Shown here: in pieces, positions 21,707-36,965 of the stretch
Numbering within the stretch: the first letter of the stretch is position 1
How the letters are laid out: the number at the start of each line of letters is the position of its first letter
Source of the DNA: Alphaproteobacteria bacterium
Lineage (GTDB): Bacteria > Pseudomonadota > Alphaproteobacteria > SHVV01
NCBI GenBank assembly: GCA_965261735.1
Contig: OZ253470.1
Location: 736,001-800,000, forward strand
Length of the DNA stretch: 64,000 nt
Direction of reading: 5' to 3'
Notes under the pieces: model-generated
Told to the model about the DNA's origin: nothing
What the model saw: the letters and a program-made list of their open reading frames with translations, nothing else
Database searches by the model: none
Translations under genes and position numbers: made by a program

Positions 21707-22339
21707 ATGCCGCAACAAGTGACCCGCTGGTGGTGGGTGCGCCACGCACCCGTCGTCGGCCACGACGGCCGCATTTACGGCAACAACGACGTGCCGGCCG
21801 ACGTGTCCGACCGCGAGGCCTTCAGCCGGCTCGCGGCCGGCCTGCCGCGCGACGCCGTCTGGGTCAGCAGCCATTTGCAGCGCGCGCGCCACACGCTGGC
21901 GGCGATCACCGAGCACGCGGCGACGGCCGAGCCGGGCGCCGAGGCGCTCGTCGAGTCCGACCTCGCCGAGCAGAGTTTCGGGGACTGGCAAGGCATGACC
22001 TGGGAGGAGGTCCAGGCCCAAGGCTCGGCCGAGGTGCGCCACAAGTTCTGGATTGCGCCTGCGGCCACGCGGCCCCCGGGCGGCGAGCGCTTCGTCGACG
22101 TCATCGCGCGCGTGGCCGCCGTCGTCGAGCGCCTGACCGTGGCCCACGCCGGCCGCGACATCGTCGCGGTGACGCACGGAGGCACCATCCGCGCCGCCCT
22201 CGCCATCGCCCTCGACCTTGACCCCGAACTGGCGCTCGGGTTCGCCACCGAGAACCTGTCGACCACGCGCATCGACCATGTCAGCGGCCCCGGGCACGGC
22301 GGCAACTGGCGGGTCGGCTTCGTGAACCTGCGCCCGTAA
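21707..22339 (+). CDS. Histidine phosphatase family protein (CobC-like)
   Basis: WVRHAP, SSHLQRARHT, EQSFGDWQG, THGGTIR. Confidence 0.88.
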   Translation: MPQQVTRWWWVRHAPVVGHDGRIYGNNDVPADVSDREAFSRLAAGLPRDAVWVSSHLQRARHTLAAITEHAATAEPGAEALVESDLAEQSFGDWQGMTWEEVQAQGSAEVRHKFWIAPAATRPPGGERFVDVIARVAAVVERLTVAHAGRDIVAVTHGGTIRAALAIALDLDPELALGFATENLSTTRIDHVSGPGHGGNWRVGFVNLRP

Positions 22340-22413
22340 GCCGCGCCGTTGGCGGCGCCCGCCGGGACTGATAGGTTCGACCACCATCGGGACGAATGCC
22401 GAAAGGACGAGCC

Positions 22414-23112
22414 ATGATCGAGCGTCGCCATTCACGCCGAGGAAGATGGGCCTACGCGGGTCTTGCGGTATTTGCGATAGCGTTGACCGCGAGCGTGGGC
22501 GCGCGCGCCGCCGAGCCCGAGGCGCTGGTCGATGCGGCGCGCCACACGGTCGAGGCGCTGGCCGCCGATCCCGACATGGCCTCGATGCGCAACCTCCTCA
22601 AGGACGCCAAGGGCGTGCTCGTCATACCGCAGCTGCTCAAGGCCGGCTTCATCATCGGCGGCTCGGGCGGCAGCGGGGTTCTGCTCGCCAGCGGCGATAG
22701 CTGGAGCGACCCCGCGTTCTTCACGCTGGGCGCGGGCTCGATCGGCTTCCAGTTCGGCGGCCAGGCGTCCGAAGTGGTGCTGCTCCTGATGACGTCGCGG
22801 GCGCTGGATGCGGTCATCCACAACCAGATCAAGCTCGGCGCCGACCTCAGCGTTGCCGCGGGACCGGTGGGCCGCGGCATGGAGGCGGCGACGACCACCA
22901 ACCTCGGCGCCGACATCTACTCGTTTGCGCGGGCCAAGGGCCTGTTCGCCGGGGTCTCGTTCGAGGGTGCCTTCATCAAGGCGCGCGAGGACTGGAATCG
23001 GATGTTCTACGGCCGCCCGGCGACGGCGCGCCAGATCGTCATCCTGCGCCAGGTCACCGGGGTCAAGGCCGATGCGCTGAAGTCGGCGCTCGTCGCGGCG
23101 GCCAGCGGTTGA
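22414..23112 (+). CDS. Ysc84/SYLF lipid-binding domain secreted protein
   Basis: Signal peptide; KAGFIIGGSGGSGVL, GSIGFQFGGQ, KGLFAGVSFEG. Confidence 0.88.
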   Translation: MIERRHSRRGRWAYAGLAVFAIALTASVGARAAEPEALVDAARHTVEALAADPDMASMRNLLKDAKGVLVIPQLLKAGFIIGGSGGSGVLLASGDSWSDPAFFTLGAGSIGFQFGGQASEVVLLLMTSRALDAVIHNQIKLGADLSVAAGPVGRGMEAATTTNLGADIYSFARAKGLFAGVSFEGAFIKAREDWNRMFYGRPATARQIVILRQVTGVKADALKSALVAAASG

Positions 23113-23115
23113 ACG

Positions 23116-24085
23116 CTAGAGGCCGAGGCGTAGCATCGCGAACAACGCGAGCGCGCCGAGATTGACGAGGCCGGCCACGGCGCAGAGATAAAGCGCGCGT
23201 GCGAGTCCGCCGCCGAGTAGCGCCGGCGTCGTCCGCCAATTGTCGACGGCGAGGCCAAAGGCGCCGAACGCCGCCGCCACGGGCCAGCCCCGGCTCAATG
23301 GCCTGGGTGCGGCCCGCGCCAGCGCCGTGAGCGCGCGCGTGGGGTTGGCGCCGGGCACGACGATCGCGGCGATGGTCAGCGCCAGGCCGGCGAGAAGCGC
23401 CGGCACGGCGCACGCGACCTCGTTCAGCCGGGAAGCGGGCGAAGCCGAAGTTGACGAAGCGCGCTTGGTCGTCGCTGAGCCGGTGGGCGAGGATGTTGAC
23501 AGCACGATAGGCGGCCAAGCCGGGCAGTCCGAGGAAGACGAACCAGAAGCCGCCGGCGATGAGGCCCTCGTTGAACCGAACGACGAGGGCCGCCGCGACG
23601 CGACCGCCGAGCGCATGTCGGTCCGGCGGTGCCGCGTCCCCCAGCAGCCCCGCGGCCGCGCGACGGGCCGCGCCGATATCGCCGCCATCGAGCGCGCGCG
23701 AGACGTCCCAGGCGAGCGCAAAGGGGCGGCGTTGATCGATCAGGCCGAGGACGAGCAGGAAGCCGGCGATCCAGCCGAGCGGCACTTGAGCCCACAGCGC
23801 CGCCCCTACCTGTCCGGCGAGGTAGCCGAGCGCGGCTACGAACACGACCAGGAGCAAGCCCCGGATGAGGCGTGTCGCGGCGCCGCGCTGTTCACGGTTG
23901 AGGCGGCGATCGAGGGCATCGATGAGGGGCGCGAGCACCTGGGGGGCGAGCCCCGCGGGTGGGCCGTTTCGTCGGCGAACGGCGCCCAGCACCACATCCA
24001 CCAGCAGCACGAGCAACAGCAGTATGATGGGGTCCGGCCCGAAGGCGAGCGCGGCAAAGCTCAGGTCCAACCGGTCGCCGGCCAT
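23116..24085 (-). pseudogene. CobD/CbiB-like membrane protein, frameshift near 23440
   Basis: LDRRLNR..RLIRG, GLPGLAAYRAVN..FGFA, then SRLNEVACAVPA..GWPVAAAFGAFG in another frame. Confidence 0.7.
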
Positions 24086-24243
24086 TGCCGCAGCATGCGC
24101 ACGCCCCGCCGGCGCGTCAATCCGCAAGCGCGTGCGGGTGCATCCGGCGCGCGGCGCCGGCGGGCACCGGGCGCGGGGTGCGTGCTTGCCAGCGCCTGAT
24201 TTCGCCTATACGACTCGGGCGCGGCAACGATACGGAAGCACCC

Positions 24244-24711
24244 ATGACCGATCGGCCCTTCTGGCGGACCAAGCGGCTCGAGGACATGACTTCCAGCGAG
24301 TGGGAGGCGCTGTGCGACGGCTGCGGCAAGTGCTGCCTGCTCAAGGCCGAGGACGAGAATACCGGTGAGGTCCTGTATACGGAGGTCGCCTGCCGGCTAC
24401 TCGATCTCGAGAGCTGCCGCTGCACCGACTATCGCCACCGCAAGCGCCACGTCCCCGACTGCGTGCAGCTGACGCCACATGGGGTACGCACCATCCCCTG
24501 GCTGCCGGCGACCTGCGCTTACCGCCTCGTCGACGAGGGCCATGATCTCTACTGGTGGCACCACCTGATCTCGAGCGATCCGGAGACGGTGCACCTGGCT
24601 GGCATCTCGGTGAAGGGCCGCGCGCTGCCCGAGGGCGATGTCGGCGATCCCCTCTCCCACCTCGCCGCATGGCCGGCAGAGGGCGCGGCGCCCGAGGCGG
24701 ACGGCACGTGA
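24244..24711 (+). CDS. YcgN (UPF0260) family cysteine cluster protein
   Basis: [24 protein letters not shown]. Confidence 0.92.
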   Translation: MTDRPFWRTKRLEDMTSSEWEALCDGCGKCCLLKAEDENTGEVLYTEVACRLLDLESCRCTDYRHRKRHVPDCVQLTPHGVRTIPWLPATCAYRLVDEGHDLYWWHHLISSDPETVHLAGISVKGRALPEGDVGDPLSHLAAWPAEGAAPEADGT

Positions 24712-25631
24712 GCGCACCGCACCCCACGCCGCCGAAGGGCGTGTTTGCCGCGGCGCTTACACCACTCGACGAAAACCTCGCCCCCGACCATGGGGCGCTC
24801 GTCGCGCACTGCCGCTGGCTCCTGGCCAACGGCTGCGACGGCCTCGCGGTGCTCGGGACCACCGGCGAGGCCAACTCGTTCTCGGTCGCCGAGCGCATCG
24901 CCCTCCTCGAGGCACTGGTCGGCGCCGGCGTACCGGGCGCGGCGCTGCTCCCCGGAACCGGCTGCTGCGCCATCCCCGACACGGTGACGCTGAGCCGCGC
25001 CGCCCTCGACCTCGGCGTCGCCGGCGTCGTCACGCTGCCGCCGTTCTACTACAAGGGGGTGAGCGAGGACGGCCTGTTCGCGGCCTACGCGGAAATCATC
25101 GAGCGCGTCGGCGATGACCGGCTGCGGATCTATCTCTACCACTTCCCGCGGATGTCGGGCGTCCCGCTCAGCCTCGGGTTGATCGAACGCCTGCGCAAGG
25201 CCTACCCGGACGCGATCGCCGGCATCAAGGACTCGAGCGGCGATGCCGCTAACATGGAAGCGATGATCCGCAATTTCCCGGGATTTCGCGTGTTTCCGGG
25301 GACCGAGAAGCTGCTTCTCGACATGCTGCGCAAGGGCGCCGCCGGCTGCATCTCGGCCACGGTCAACGTCACCAGCCCGCTCGCCGCCGAGGTCTATCGT
25401 AAGTGGGATGGCCCGTCGGCCGAAAGCTTGCAGGGACGGCTGGCGGCAATACGCGAGTCGATCGAGGCCTATCCCCTGATACCGGCGCTGAAGGCGATCA
25501 TGGAGCGCCACAGTGGCCGGGCCGGCTGGCGCCACATGCGGCCACCGAACATGCCTCTCAGCGAATCGGCGAAGGAGGCGCTGTTCGCCGCCATTGACGC
25601 CACCGGCGTCGCGCTCGCCAACGCCGCATGA
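24708..25631 (+). CDS. Dihydrodipicolinate synthase family protein
   Basis: LGTTGEA, PPFYYK, YLYHFP, GIKDSSG. Confidence 0.9.
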   Translation: MSAPHPTPPKGVFAAALTPLDENLAPDHGALVAHCRWLLANGCDGLAVLGTTGEANSFSVAERIALLEALVGAGVPGAALLPGTGCCAIPDTVTLSRAALDLGVAGVVTLPPFYYKGVSEDGLFAAYAEIIERVGDDRLRIYLYHFPRMSGVPLSLGLIERLRKAYPDAIAGIKDSSGDAANMEAMIRNFPGFRVFPGTEKLLLDMLRKGAAGCISATVNVTSPLAAEVYRKWDGPSAESLQGRLAAIRESIEAYPLIPALKAIMERHSGRAGWRHMRPPNMPLSESAKEALFAAIDATGVALANAA

Positions 25632-25715
25632 GGGCCGCGTCCTCGCGGCCGCTGCGCGAGTCGGCGCGGTAGGCCCGCGGCCGCCGCGCCCCTTACCCTG
25701 CAACGTCCAACCCTA

Positions 25716-26924
25716 GTGCGCCCGAACACGCTCGCTCTCGCGCTGCTGATGGCGGCCCTGATGACATTCGGGCCCATCTCGACGGACATGTACCTCGCGT
25801 CGCTGCCGGCGCTGGCCGAGGTCTTCGCGACCGAGGCCGGCACCGCACAGCTCACCCTGTCGGTGTATTTCGCCGGCATCGCGGTGGCTCAGCTCTTCAT
25901 CGGCACCCTGTCCGATCGATTCGGGCGCCGGCCCATACTGATCGGAGGGCTCGTCTTGTTCGTCGCCACGAGCACCGCGTGCGCGCTCGCGACCTCGATC
26001 GAGGTGCTCATAGGCCTGCGCTTCTGCCAGGCCTTCGGCGCCGCCTCGGCGACCGTTCTCTCGCGCGCGATCGTACGCGACCTGCACGAGCGTGCCGGCG
26101 CGGCGCACATGCTCGCACGTGTCGGCTCGATCATGGGTATCTCGCCGGTGCTGGCGCCGATTCTCGGCAGCTATCTCTTCGTATGGTTCGGCTGGCAGGC
26201 CAATTTCTGGGCCATGGCCGTCTATGGCGCCGGGGCGATGGTCTTCGTCGTGCTACTGCTCGGCGAAACACTCGCGCGCGGCGAACGCGCGCCGCTGAGA
26301 TTTGCCGCCGTGGCGTTCAGCTTCGCGCGGCTTGTGCGCCACCGCATCTTTCTCGGCTATGCGCTCCCCTACCTGTTCGTCTATGCCGGCATGTTCGCCT
26401 TCTTTACCGGCTTTCCCTTTATCGTCATTAACCTGCTGGGCCAGCCGGCCGAGTATTTCGGTTATTTTTTCGCGGCTGTCGTCATCGGCTTCCCGATCGG
26501 CACGTTCATCGCCGGGCGCTTGACCCGGCACTTCTCGATCGATGACGTGCTCCGGGTCGCGGTCAGCCTCTCCGCCCTGTCGGCGCTCGTCGTCGCGGCG
26601 TTTGCCTGGGCTGGCGTTACCCATCTGCTCGCGGTCATGGTGCCGATGCTGGCCTATCAGGTCACCGTCGGGATGATCAATCCGCTCGCCCAGGCTTCGG
26701 CTCTCGCGCCGTTTCCCGAGATCGCGGGTAAGGCCGCCGCAGTGATGGGGGCTGGGCAGATGGGCGCGGCCTCGCTCGCGAGCTACCTCGTGGGCGCGAC
26801 GCACGACGGCACGGCCATTCCGCAGCTCACGCTGGTCGCCCTTTTCGGCGTCGGCGTGTTCGCGAGCTATCGGCTTCTGGTGTGGAAGCGGCCGCTGGCC
26901 GCCGACGATGCGCGGGCCGCCTGA
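25716..26924 (+). CDS. Bcr/CflA family MFS efflux transporter
   Basis: STDMYLASLP, GTLSDRFGRRP, RAIVRDL. Confidence 0.9.
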   Translation: MRPNTLALALLMAALMTFGPISTDMYLASLPALAEVFATEAGTAQLTLSVYFAGIAVAQLFIGTLSDRFGRRPILIGGLVLFVATSTACALATSIEVLIGLRFCQAFGAASATVLSRAIVRDLHERAGAAHMLARVGSIMGISPVLAPILGSYLFVWFGWQANFWAMAVYGAGAMVFVVLLLGETLARGERAPLRFAAVAFSFARLVRHRIFLGYALPYLFVYAGMFAFFTGFPFIVINLLGQPAEYFGYFFAAVVIGFPIGTFIAGRLTRHFSIDDVLRVAVSLSALSALVVAAFAWAGVTHLLAVMVPMLAYQVTVGMINPLAQASALAPFPEIAGKAAAVMGAGQMGAASLASYLVGATHDGTAIPQLTLVALFGVGVFASYRLLVWKRPLAADDARAA

Positions 26925-26970
26925 CCGGACACGACCGTCACCGAGCCCGGGCGCTGACCAGCGGCCGCGC

Positions 26971-28788
26971 CTACAGCCCTTCGTGCGCCGCCGTCATGAA
27001 GCGGCGCCATATCTCGGCCGGCAGGCCGCCTCCGGTGACGCCGCGGGTGGGCGATCCGTCATCGTTGCCGACCCACACACCGGCGGTGAGATCGGCGGTG
27101 AAGCCGATGAACCAGGCGTCACGATGATCGCCGCTGGTGCCGGTCTTGCCGGCGGCGGGGCGGCCAAGCGCGGCCGCCTTGCCGGTGCCCTCGGCGACGA
27201 CAGCACGGAGTAAGTCGGTGAGCGCGCGCGCACGCGGCGCGGCGACGACTTGGCCTGGGCCGGCACCCTGCCGGCGGTAGAGCCGCGCCCCGGCGCGATC
27301 TCGAATCTCTCTGATGCCATAGGCGAACACGCCGCGGCCGCCATTGGCGAGGACAGCGTAGGCGGTCGTCAGCTCGAGAAGCGTGACGTCGACGGCGCCG
27401 AGGGCGATGGAGGGATGCGCCGCCATCGGGCTGGTCACGCCGAGCCGTATTGCGGCGTCCCTCACCTTAGCCCGGCCGACATGTTCGCTGACCCTGACGG
27501 CCACGGTATTGATCGAGCGGGCGAAGGCCTCGCGCAAGGTCACCGCGCCGACGAAACCTGCGTCGTAGTTGCCCGGCCGCCAGCCGCCGACATCGACCGG
27601 TTCGTCGCGCATCACACTTTCGGGTGAGAGGCCGGCCTCGAGACCGGCGAGATAAACAAACAGCTTGAACGCCGAGCCCGGCTGGCGGCGGGCGTTGGCC
27701 GCGCGGTTGAAGGGGCTCCGCCCAAAGTCCCGGCCGCCGACCATGGCCCTGACGGCGCCGTCGCGATCGAGCGCGACCAGGGCCGCCTGAGAGACGCGAA
27801 AGCGCGCCCCGCTCCGCGCCAGCGCCTCCTCCACGGCGCGCGCGGCGGCCGCCTGCATGGTGGGATCGAGTGTCGTGGCGATTTCGAGGTCGGCGACCGC
27901 GGGGCCGGCGAAATCCGGCACCTGGGCCATCACCCAGTCGGCGAAATAGCGGCCCCGCGAGCTCCCTTCGGCGCGAGGTACGAGGACCGGGCGATCGGTT
28001 CGCGCCGCGCGCCGCGCCGCTGGTGTGATGGTGCCCGCCGCGACCATCGCATCGAGCACGGTGCGCGCGCGCGCCCACGCCCCTTCGGGGTCGGCGGACG
28101 GGGCATAGCGCGAGGGCGCCTTCAACAGGCCCGCCAGCATCGCCGCCTCGGCCAGCGACACCGACCGGGCCGATTTGCCGAAATAGCGCCGCGCCGCGGC
28201 CTCGACGCCGTAGGTGCCGGCGCCGAGATAGACGCGATTGAGGTACAGGGTAAGGATCTCCTCCTTGCTCAGGGCGCGTTCGAGCCACAGCGCGAGCAGG
28301 GCTTCGCGGGCCTTGCGCGTCCAGCTGCGCTCGTGCGTGAGGAACAGGTTCTTGGCCAGTTGCTGGGTGATGGTGCTGCCGCCCTGGCGGATCGCGCCCG
28401 CGCGCAGGTTGGTGAACGCGGCGCGGCCGATGCTGCGCAGATCGATCCCTGAATGCTCCCAGAAGCGGCGGTCCTCGGTGGCGATCACCGCATCCAGGAG
28501 GGCGCGAGGCAGCGCCTCGAGACCGACGGGCGCCGCATGGGAGCCGCCGAGCGTGGCCAGCGGCGTGCCGTCGGCGGCGCGCAGGTGCAGCGCCGGCTGC
28601 GCCGCCACGACGCTGGCATGGATGTCGGGAAGCCCGTAGGCGAACCAGGCGAGGGCGGCACCGCCGGCGACCCCAGCCCAGATAAGGGCGATCGCGGACC
28701 CGCGGGCTAGCCGACCGAGGAGGCCCCGCCTTCGGCGCGGGTGGCCCCCATGGGTGCCGGCGTTCCTGGACTTCCCGCGCTTGGACAT
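26971..28788 (-). CDS. Class A penicillin-binding protein (PBP1A family)
   Basis: EDRRFWEH, GGSTITQQL, RKAREA, QPGSAFK, SIN, GKTGT. Confidence 0.93.
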   Translation of the reverse strand: MSKRGKSRNAGTHGGHPRRRRGLLGRLARGSAIALIWAGVAGGAALAWFAYGLPDIHASVVAAQPALHLRAADGTPLATLGGSHAAPVGLEALPRALLDAVIATEDRRFWEHSGIDLRSIGRAAFTNLRAGAIRQGGSTITQQLAKNLFLTHERSWTRKAREALLALWLERALSKEEILTLYLNRVYLGAGTYGVEAAARRYFGKSARSVSLAEAAMLAGLLKAPSRYAPSADPEGAWARARTVLDAMVAAGTITPAARRAARTDRPVLVPRAEGSSRGRYFADWVMAQVPDFAGPAVADLEIATTLDPTMQAAAARAVEEALARSGARFRVSQAALVALDRDGAVRAMVGGRDFGRSPFNRAANARRQPGSAFKLFVYLAGLEAGLSPESVMRDEPVDVGGWRPGNYDAGFVGAVTLREAFARSINTVAVRVSEHVGRAKVRDAAIRLGVTSPMAAHPSIALGAVDVTLLELTTAYAVLANGGRGVFAYGIREIRDRAGARLYRRQGAGPGQVVAAPRARALTDLLRAVVAEGTGKAAALGRPAAGKTGTSGDHRDAWFIGFTADLTAGVWVGNDDGSPTRGVTGGGLPAEIWRRFMTAAHEGL

Positions 28789-28809
28789 GCCCGTGGCCCG
28801 GTCCCGGCG

Positions 28810-32438
<3,629 letters not shown>

Positions 32439-32445
32439 TCGCGCC

Positions 32446-33573
32446 TCACACGCGCATCGGCATGAGCACGAACAGCGCCGCCGAATCGCCCTGGTCCTCG
32501 ACGATCGTCGGCGAGACGGAATCGGCAAGCGAGAAGCGGGCGGTATCACCCTCCATCTGGGCCGTCATATCGAGCAGATAGCGGGAGTTGAAGCCGATTT
32601 CGAGCGGCTCGGCACCGTATTTCGCCGCCAGCTCCTCGGTCGCGCTGCCGCTGTCGGGACTGGTCGCCGAAAGCGTCAAGCGGTCGGATTCGACCTTGAG
32701 CTTCACGGCCCGCGACTTCTCGGTCGAGATGGTCGAGACCCGATCGACCGCGTCGGCGAAGGTCTCGCGGTCGACCTCCAGCATCTTGTCGTTGCCGACC
32801 GGGATAACGCGCTCATACTCGGGGAAGGTGCCGTCGATCAGCTTGGTGGTCAGCACCGTGTCCTCGATCGTGAAGCGAATCTTGGTCGCCGAGAGCGCGA
32901 TATCGATCGCCGCATCGCTGTGCTCGATGAGCTTCCTGACCTCGGCCACGGCCTTGCGCGGCACGATGATTCCCTGGGCCTCCTGCATGCCGGTCGCACC
33001 CTCGGGTAGCGGTGTGTCGACCCGGGCCAGCCGATGGCCGTCGGTGGCGACGGCGCGGAGCAGCGCGACACCGTTGTCCGAGCGCGCCTGAAGGTAGATT
33101 CCGTTGAGGTAGTAGCGCGCTTCCTCCGTGGAGACCGCGAAGCGGGTCTTGTCGATGAGCCGCCGGAGCTCGGCGGCGCCGAGCGAGAAGCGGATCGGCA
33201 GCTCATCCTCGGCGAAGACGGGAAAGTCCTCGCGCGGTAGGCACGGGAGAACGAACTCCGAGCGGCCCGCGCGCACCAGGAGCCGGCTCTCGTCGTCGCC
33301 GCGCGTGAGCACAACCTGGGCGCCGTCGGGCAGCTTGCGCACGATGTCGTACAGCGTGTGCGCCGGCGTTGTCGTCGCGCCCGGTTGGCCTATCTCCGCC
33401 GCGACCGCGGCAACCACCGCGAGGTCGAGGTCCGTCGCGAGCAGACTGACCGTGCCATCCTCGGCGGCGAGCAGGACGTGCGCCAGAATGGGAATGGTGT
33501 TGCGGCGCTCGACCACGCTTTGCACGTGCCCGAGCGAGGTCAGGAGAGTGGCGCGTTCAACGGTAATCTTCAT
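32446..33573 (-). CDS. dnaN: DNA polymerase III beta clamp
   Basis: VERRNTIPIL, ATDGHRL, GFNSRY, VLMPMRV. Confidence 0.97.
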   Translation of the reverse strand: MKITVERATLLTSLGHVQSVVERRNTIPILAHVLLAAEDGTVSLLATDLDLAVVAAVAAEIGQPGATTTPAHTLYDIVRKLPDGAQVVLTRGDDESRLLVRAGRSEFVLPCLPREDFPVFAEDELPIRFSLGAAELRRLIDKTRFAVSTEEARYYLNGIYLQARSDNGVALLRAVATDGHRLARVDTPLPEGATGMQEAQGIIVPRKAVAEVRKLIEHSDAAIDIALSATKIRFTIEDTVLTTKLIDGTFPEYERVIPVGNDKMLEVDRETFADAVDRVSTISTEKSRAVKLKVESDRLTLSATSPDSGSATEELAAKYGAEPLEIGFNSRYLLDMTAQMEGDTARFSLADSVSPTIVEDQGDSAALFVLMPMRV

Positions 33574-33813
33574 TTTGCAGCAAACACTTCGATGGGGCCG
33601 ACGGGCGGCCGTGGGCCCGCCTTTTTAGGCCCCTGAGGGGCCTATTTCCGACCGCTCCTACGGACCATGCGGACCGCTCACCGAGTATATCAGAGGACCC
33701 CAAAAAAAACACCGCGATAAGGGGCTTGTGGCGCCCGCGCAGCGCCCTCCGGGACGTTGGAGATAACGGGCCGCGACCGGCCCGGCGCGGGCGGCGCAGG
33801 GTAACGCGGTGGC

Positions 33814-35226
33814 TCAGTATTCGAGCATCCGGCGCAGCAGGTCGAGGTCCTCGGCGATCGCTCCCTCGCTCACGCGCAGCTCCTCAACCCGCCTCACCGC
33901 GTGCATCACGGTGGTATGGTCACGGCCGCCGAACTTGCGGCCGATTTCGGGCAGCGAGCGCGTCGTCAGCTGCTTGGCGAGATACATGGCGATCTGACGC
34001 GGGCGCGCCACGGCCCTCGCCCGGCGCGGGCTGTGCATGTCGGCGAACCGGATATTGTAGTGCTCGGCGACGCGCTTCTGAATGTCCTCGATAGTGATGC
34101 GGCGGTCGTTGGCACGCAGCAGGTCTTTCAGCACCTCCTGCGTCGTCTCCACCGTCGGCGCCCGGCCGACCAGGTCCGCATACGCCAGCACCCGGTTGAG
34201 CGCGCCCTCGAGCTCGCGCACGTTCGAGGTGATGCGGTGAGCGAGGAACTCGAGCACCCGCAGCGGCACCTCCTTGGCGCCCGCCTGCTCGGCCTTCGAC
34301 TGCAGGATGCCAACCCGGAGCTCGTAGTCGGTCGCGTGCAGGTCGGCGACCAGGCCCCAGCCGAGCCGGGAGCGCATCCGCTCCTCCAGCCCTTCGAGGT
34401 CGGACGGCGAGCGGTCGCCGGAGATGACGAGTTGGCGGCTTTGATCGACGAGCGCGTTGAAGGTGTGGAAGAACTCCTCCTGCGTCGATTCCTTGCCGCC
34501 GATGAACTGGACGTCGTCGATCATCAGCACGTCGACCGAGCGACATTGCTGCTTGAAGTCCATGACGTCCTTGTAGCGCAGCGCCCGAATGAACTGGTAC
34601 ATGAACTTCTCGGCCGACAGGTACACGACTTTGCGGCCGGGATCGCGCTCGCGGATGTGCCAGGCGATGGCGTGCATCAGGTGCGTCTTGCCGAGACCGA
34701 CGCCGCCATAGAGGAACAGCGGGTTGAAGGGCACCGTCGGCGAGTCGGCGACGCGCCTCGCGGCGGCGTAGGCGAGCTCGTTGGGCCGGCCGGTAACGAA
34801 GTTGGCGAAGGTGAATCGTCGGTCGAGCGGCGCGCCGATGTCGGGCCGGTGGGCGACGGCCTCGTTCGCGGTCGCCGGTACGATCGCGCGAGCTTCGGCG
34901 GCGGTCGATTCGGGACAGTCCAGGCGCGCTCCGGCGCCGACCCCATTGCCGCCAGTCCTCTGCTTCACGCTGATGTCGAACGTGGAGAGATTCCGGTTTT
35001 CGGCACGCCACAGGTCGCCGATACGCGCCGCATGGTGGGAGACGACCCAGTCCCTGAGGAAGCGGCTCGGCGCGACCAACCTAACCTGATCGCCGTCGAC
35101 GCCCTCGAGGGCGAGCGGCTTCAACCAGCTGTTGAAGGTCGCGTCGCCGAGCTCCACGCGCAGTCGTGCACGAACATTGTCCCACTGCTCGCGAACCTCC
35201 GCGCTGATCTCCCTCTCGTCGGCCAT
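33814..35226 (-). CDS. dnaA: Chromosomal replication initiator
   Basis: GGVGLGKTHL, IDDVQF, QEEFFHTFN, RPRQIAMYL, GGRDHTTV. Confidence 0.98.
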   Translation of the reverse strand: MADEREISAEVREQWDNVRARLRVELGDATFNSWLKPLALEGVDGDQVRLVAPSRFLRDWVVSHHAARIGDLWRAENRNLSTFDISVKQRTGGNGVGAGARLDCPESTAAEARAIVPATANEAVAHRPDIGAPLDRRFTFANFVTGRPNELAYAAARRVADSPTVPFNPLFLYGGVGLGKTHLMHAIAWHIRERDPGRKVVYLSAEKFMYQFIRALRYKDVMDFKQQCRSVDVLMIDDVQFIGGKESTQEEFFHTFNALVDQSRQLVISGDRSPSDLEGLEERMRSRLGWGLVADLHATDYELRVGILQSKAEQAGAKEVPLRVLEFLAHRITSNVRELEGALNRVLAYADLVGRAPTVETTQEVLKDLLRANDRRITIEDIQKRVAEHYNIRFADMHSPRRARAVARPRQIAMYLAKQLTTRSLPEIGRKFGGRDHTTVMHAVRRVEELRVSEGAIAEDLDLLRRMLEY

Positions 35227-35808
35227 GGGCCACCCCCCGATCGAGCCGGACTGACGACCATCGAATCTCGTCGCGCTTGCGCGGGCGCCGCTCGGCCGCG
35301 GCCGAGCGTCGCGATGCGATGGCTCTACGCCTTCACAGGAAGCGAAAAACGCGCTGACCGGTCGACGTTAGGGACTGATCGACACGCCATGATGCGCCCC
35401 CCCTTGAGTACCAGAATGCAGCGTCTTTTATTCAGAGATCGACGTGGTTTACTCGAAAAACAATGCCTCCCGCGACGATCCTAAAGAAATAAAGAAGGTA
35501 AAGTAAAACGAACGTACTCCACGCGCCTGCCGAAACGGCAGCCCAAACCCGATTCATAAGTATTTCTCGTGTGATCAACTTTGCGGAGGGCGGATCGAGC
35601 ACCCATCCAAGCGCTAGGGTAATGCGCGCCGGCGCGGCTGACAACGGGATCGAAAAGAGAACGTCGAAAAAATTCCGCCGCCTTTGCGACTCACCGAGTC
35701 AGGCCATACAACATCTGCTACCCGCGGCCGGCGACCCTCTATCGCCGCGCTACGGGCAAGAAAAAACGCCCCTCGCGAGGGGCGCTCCGGCGGTGCCGGG
35801 AGACGGGT

Positions 35809-36075
35809 TCACGTGGCCATCGCCTTGATACGGGCCGATAGGCGGGAGAGCTTGCGGGCGGCCGTGTTCTTGGGCACGACGCCCTTCCTGGCGCCGCGCA
35901 GCAGCTCCGGCTGCATCGCCCGGAAGGCCGCCGCCGCGGCTTCCTTCTCGCCACCGCCAATCGCGACCTCGACCCTCTTGATGAAGGTGCGAATGCGGCC
36001 CAGTCGGGCGCGATTGATAGCGGTACGCCGTCCCGTCCGACGCAGGCGCTTGAGCGCCGACTTGTGCTGGGGCAT
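35809..36075 (-). CDS. rpsT: 30S ribosomal protein S20
   Basis: [26 protein letters not shown]; GGAGAG RBS. Confidence 0.95.
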   Translation of the reverse strand: MPQHKSALKRLRRTGRRTAINRARLGRIRTFIKRVEVAIGGGEKEAAAAAFRAMQPELLRGARKGVVPKNTAARKLSRLSARIKAMAT

Positions 36076-36158
36076 GCTCTCTCCTTGCTCTCCAGCCGGC
36101 CATATATCGTTGGCGGCCACCCGCAGTCAACTCTCGAGTGCCGATACGCGCGCGCGGC

Positions 36159-36935
36159 CTACCGGTTGCGGAAACGGGGCGGCCGCTTTTCGACGAAGGC
36201 GGCCATGCCTTCGGCCTTGTCCTCGGCGCCGAACGCGGCGTGGAACAGCCGGCGCTCGAAGCGCACCCCTTCGGCGAGTGTGGTCTCGTAGGCCCGGTTG
36301 ACCGCCTCCTTGGCCATCATGACGATGGGCAAGGACAGGGACGCAATCTCGCCGGCGACCTTCATGGCCTCGTCGACCAGGTCGTCGGCCGGGACGACAC
36401 GGCTCACCAATCCGGCGCTCTCGGCCTCGGCGGCGCTCATCATCCGCCCGGTGAGGCACATCTCCATGGCTTTGGGCTTGCCGATCAGACGGGTGAGACG
36501 CTGCGTGCCGCCGGCCCCGGGGATGATGCCGAGTTTGATCTCGGGCTGGCCGAACCTCGCGGTCTCGGCCGCCAGGACGATGTCGCACATCATCGCCACC
36601 TCGCAGCCACCGCCCAGGGCGAAGCCGGCGACCGCGGCGACGACCGGCTTACGACAGCGCGCGAGCCGCTCCCACTCGGCGGTGACGAAGTCCTCCTTGT
36701 AGACGTCCATGAAGGACTTGGCCTGCATCTCCTTGATGTCGGCGCCGGCGGCGAAGGCCTTGTCGCTGCCGGTCAACACGATCGCGCCGATCGCTTCGTC
36801 GCCCTCGAAGGCATCGAGGGCCGCGCCGAGCTCGCGCATGAGTGCGGTGTTCAGCGCATTGAGCGCGTCGGGCCGGTTGAGGCGAATGAGGCCCACCCGA
36901 CCGTGCGTCTCGACGACGATGTTCTCGAAGGCCAT
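36159..36935 (-). CDS. Enoyl-CoA hydratase
   Basis: [26 protein letters not shown]. Confidence 0.93.
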   Translation of the reverse strand: MAFENIVVETHGRVGLIRLNRPDALNALNTALMRELGAALDAFEGDEAIGAIVLTGSDKAFAAGADIKEMQAKSFMDVYKEDFVTAEWERLARCRKPVVAAVAGFALGGGCEVAMMCDIVLAAETARFGQPEIKLGIIPGAGGTQRLTRLIGKPKAMEMCLTGRMMSAAEAESAGLVSRVVPADDLVDEAMKVAGEIASLSLPIVMMAKEAVNRAYETTLAEGVRFERRLFHAAFGAEDKAEGMAAFVEKRPPRFRNR

Positions 36936-36965
36936 GGGTTGCTCCTATTGGTTGGCGCTAGCACG

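Noticed and set aside
33574-35808. oriC beside dnaA
   Set aside because: No clear DnaA boxes seen on either side of dnaA; alphaproteobacterial origins often lie elsewhere (e.g. near hemE).
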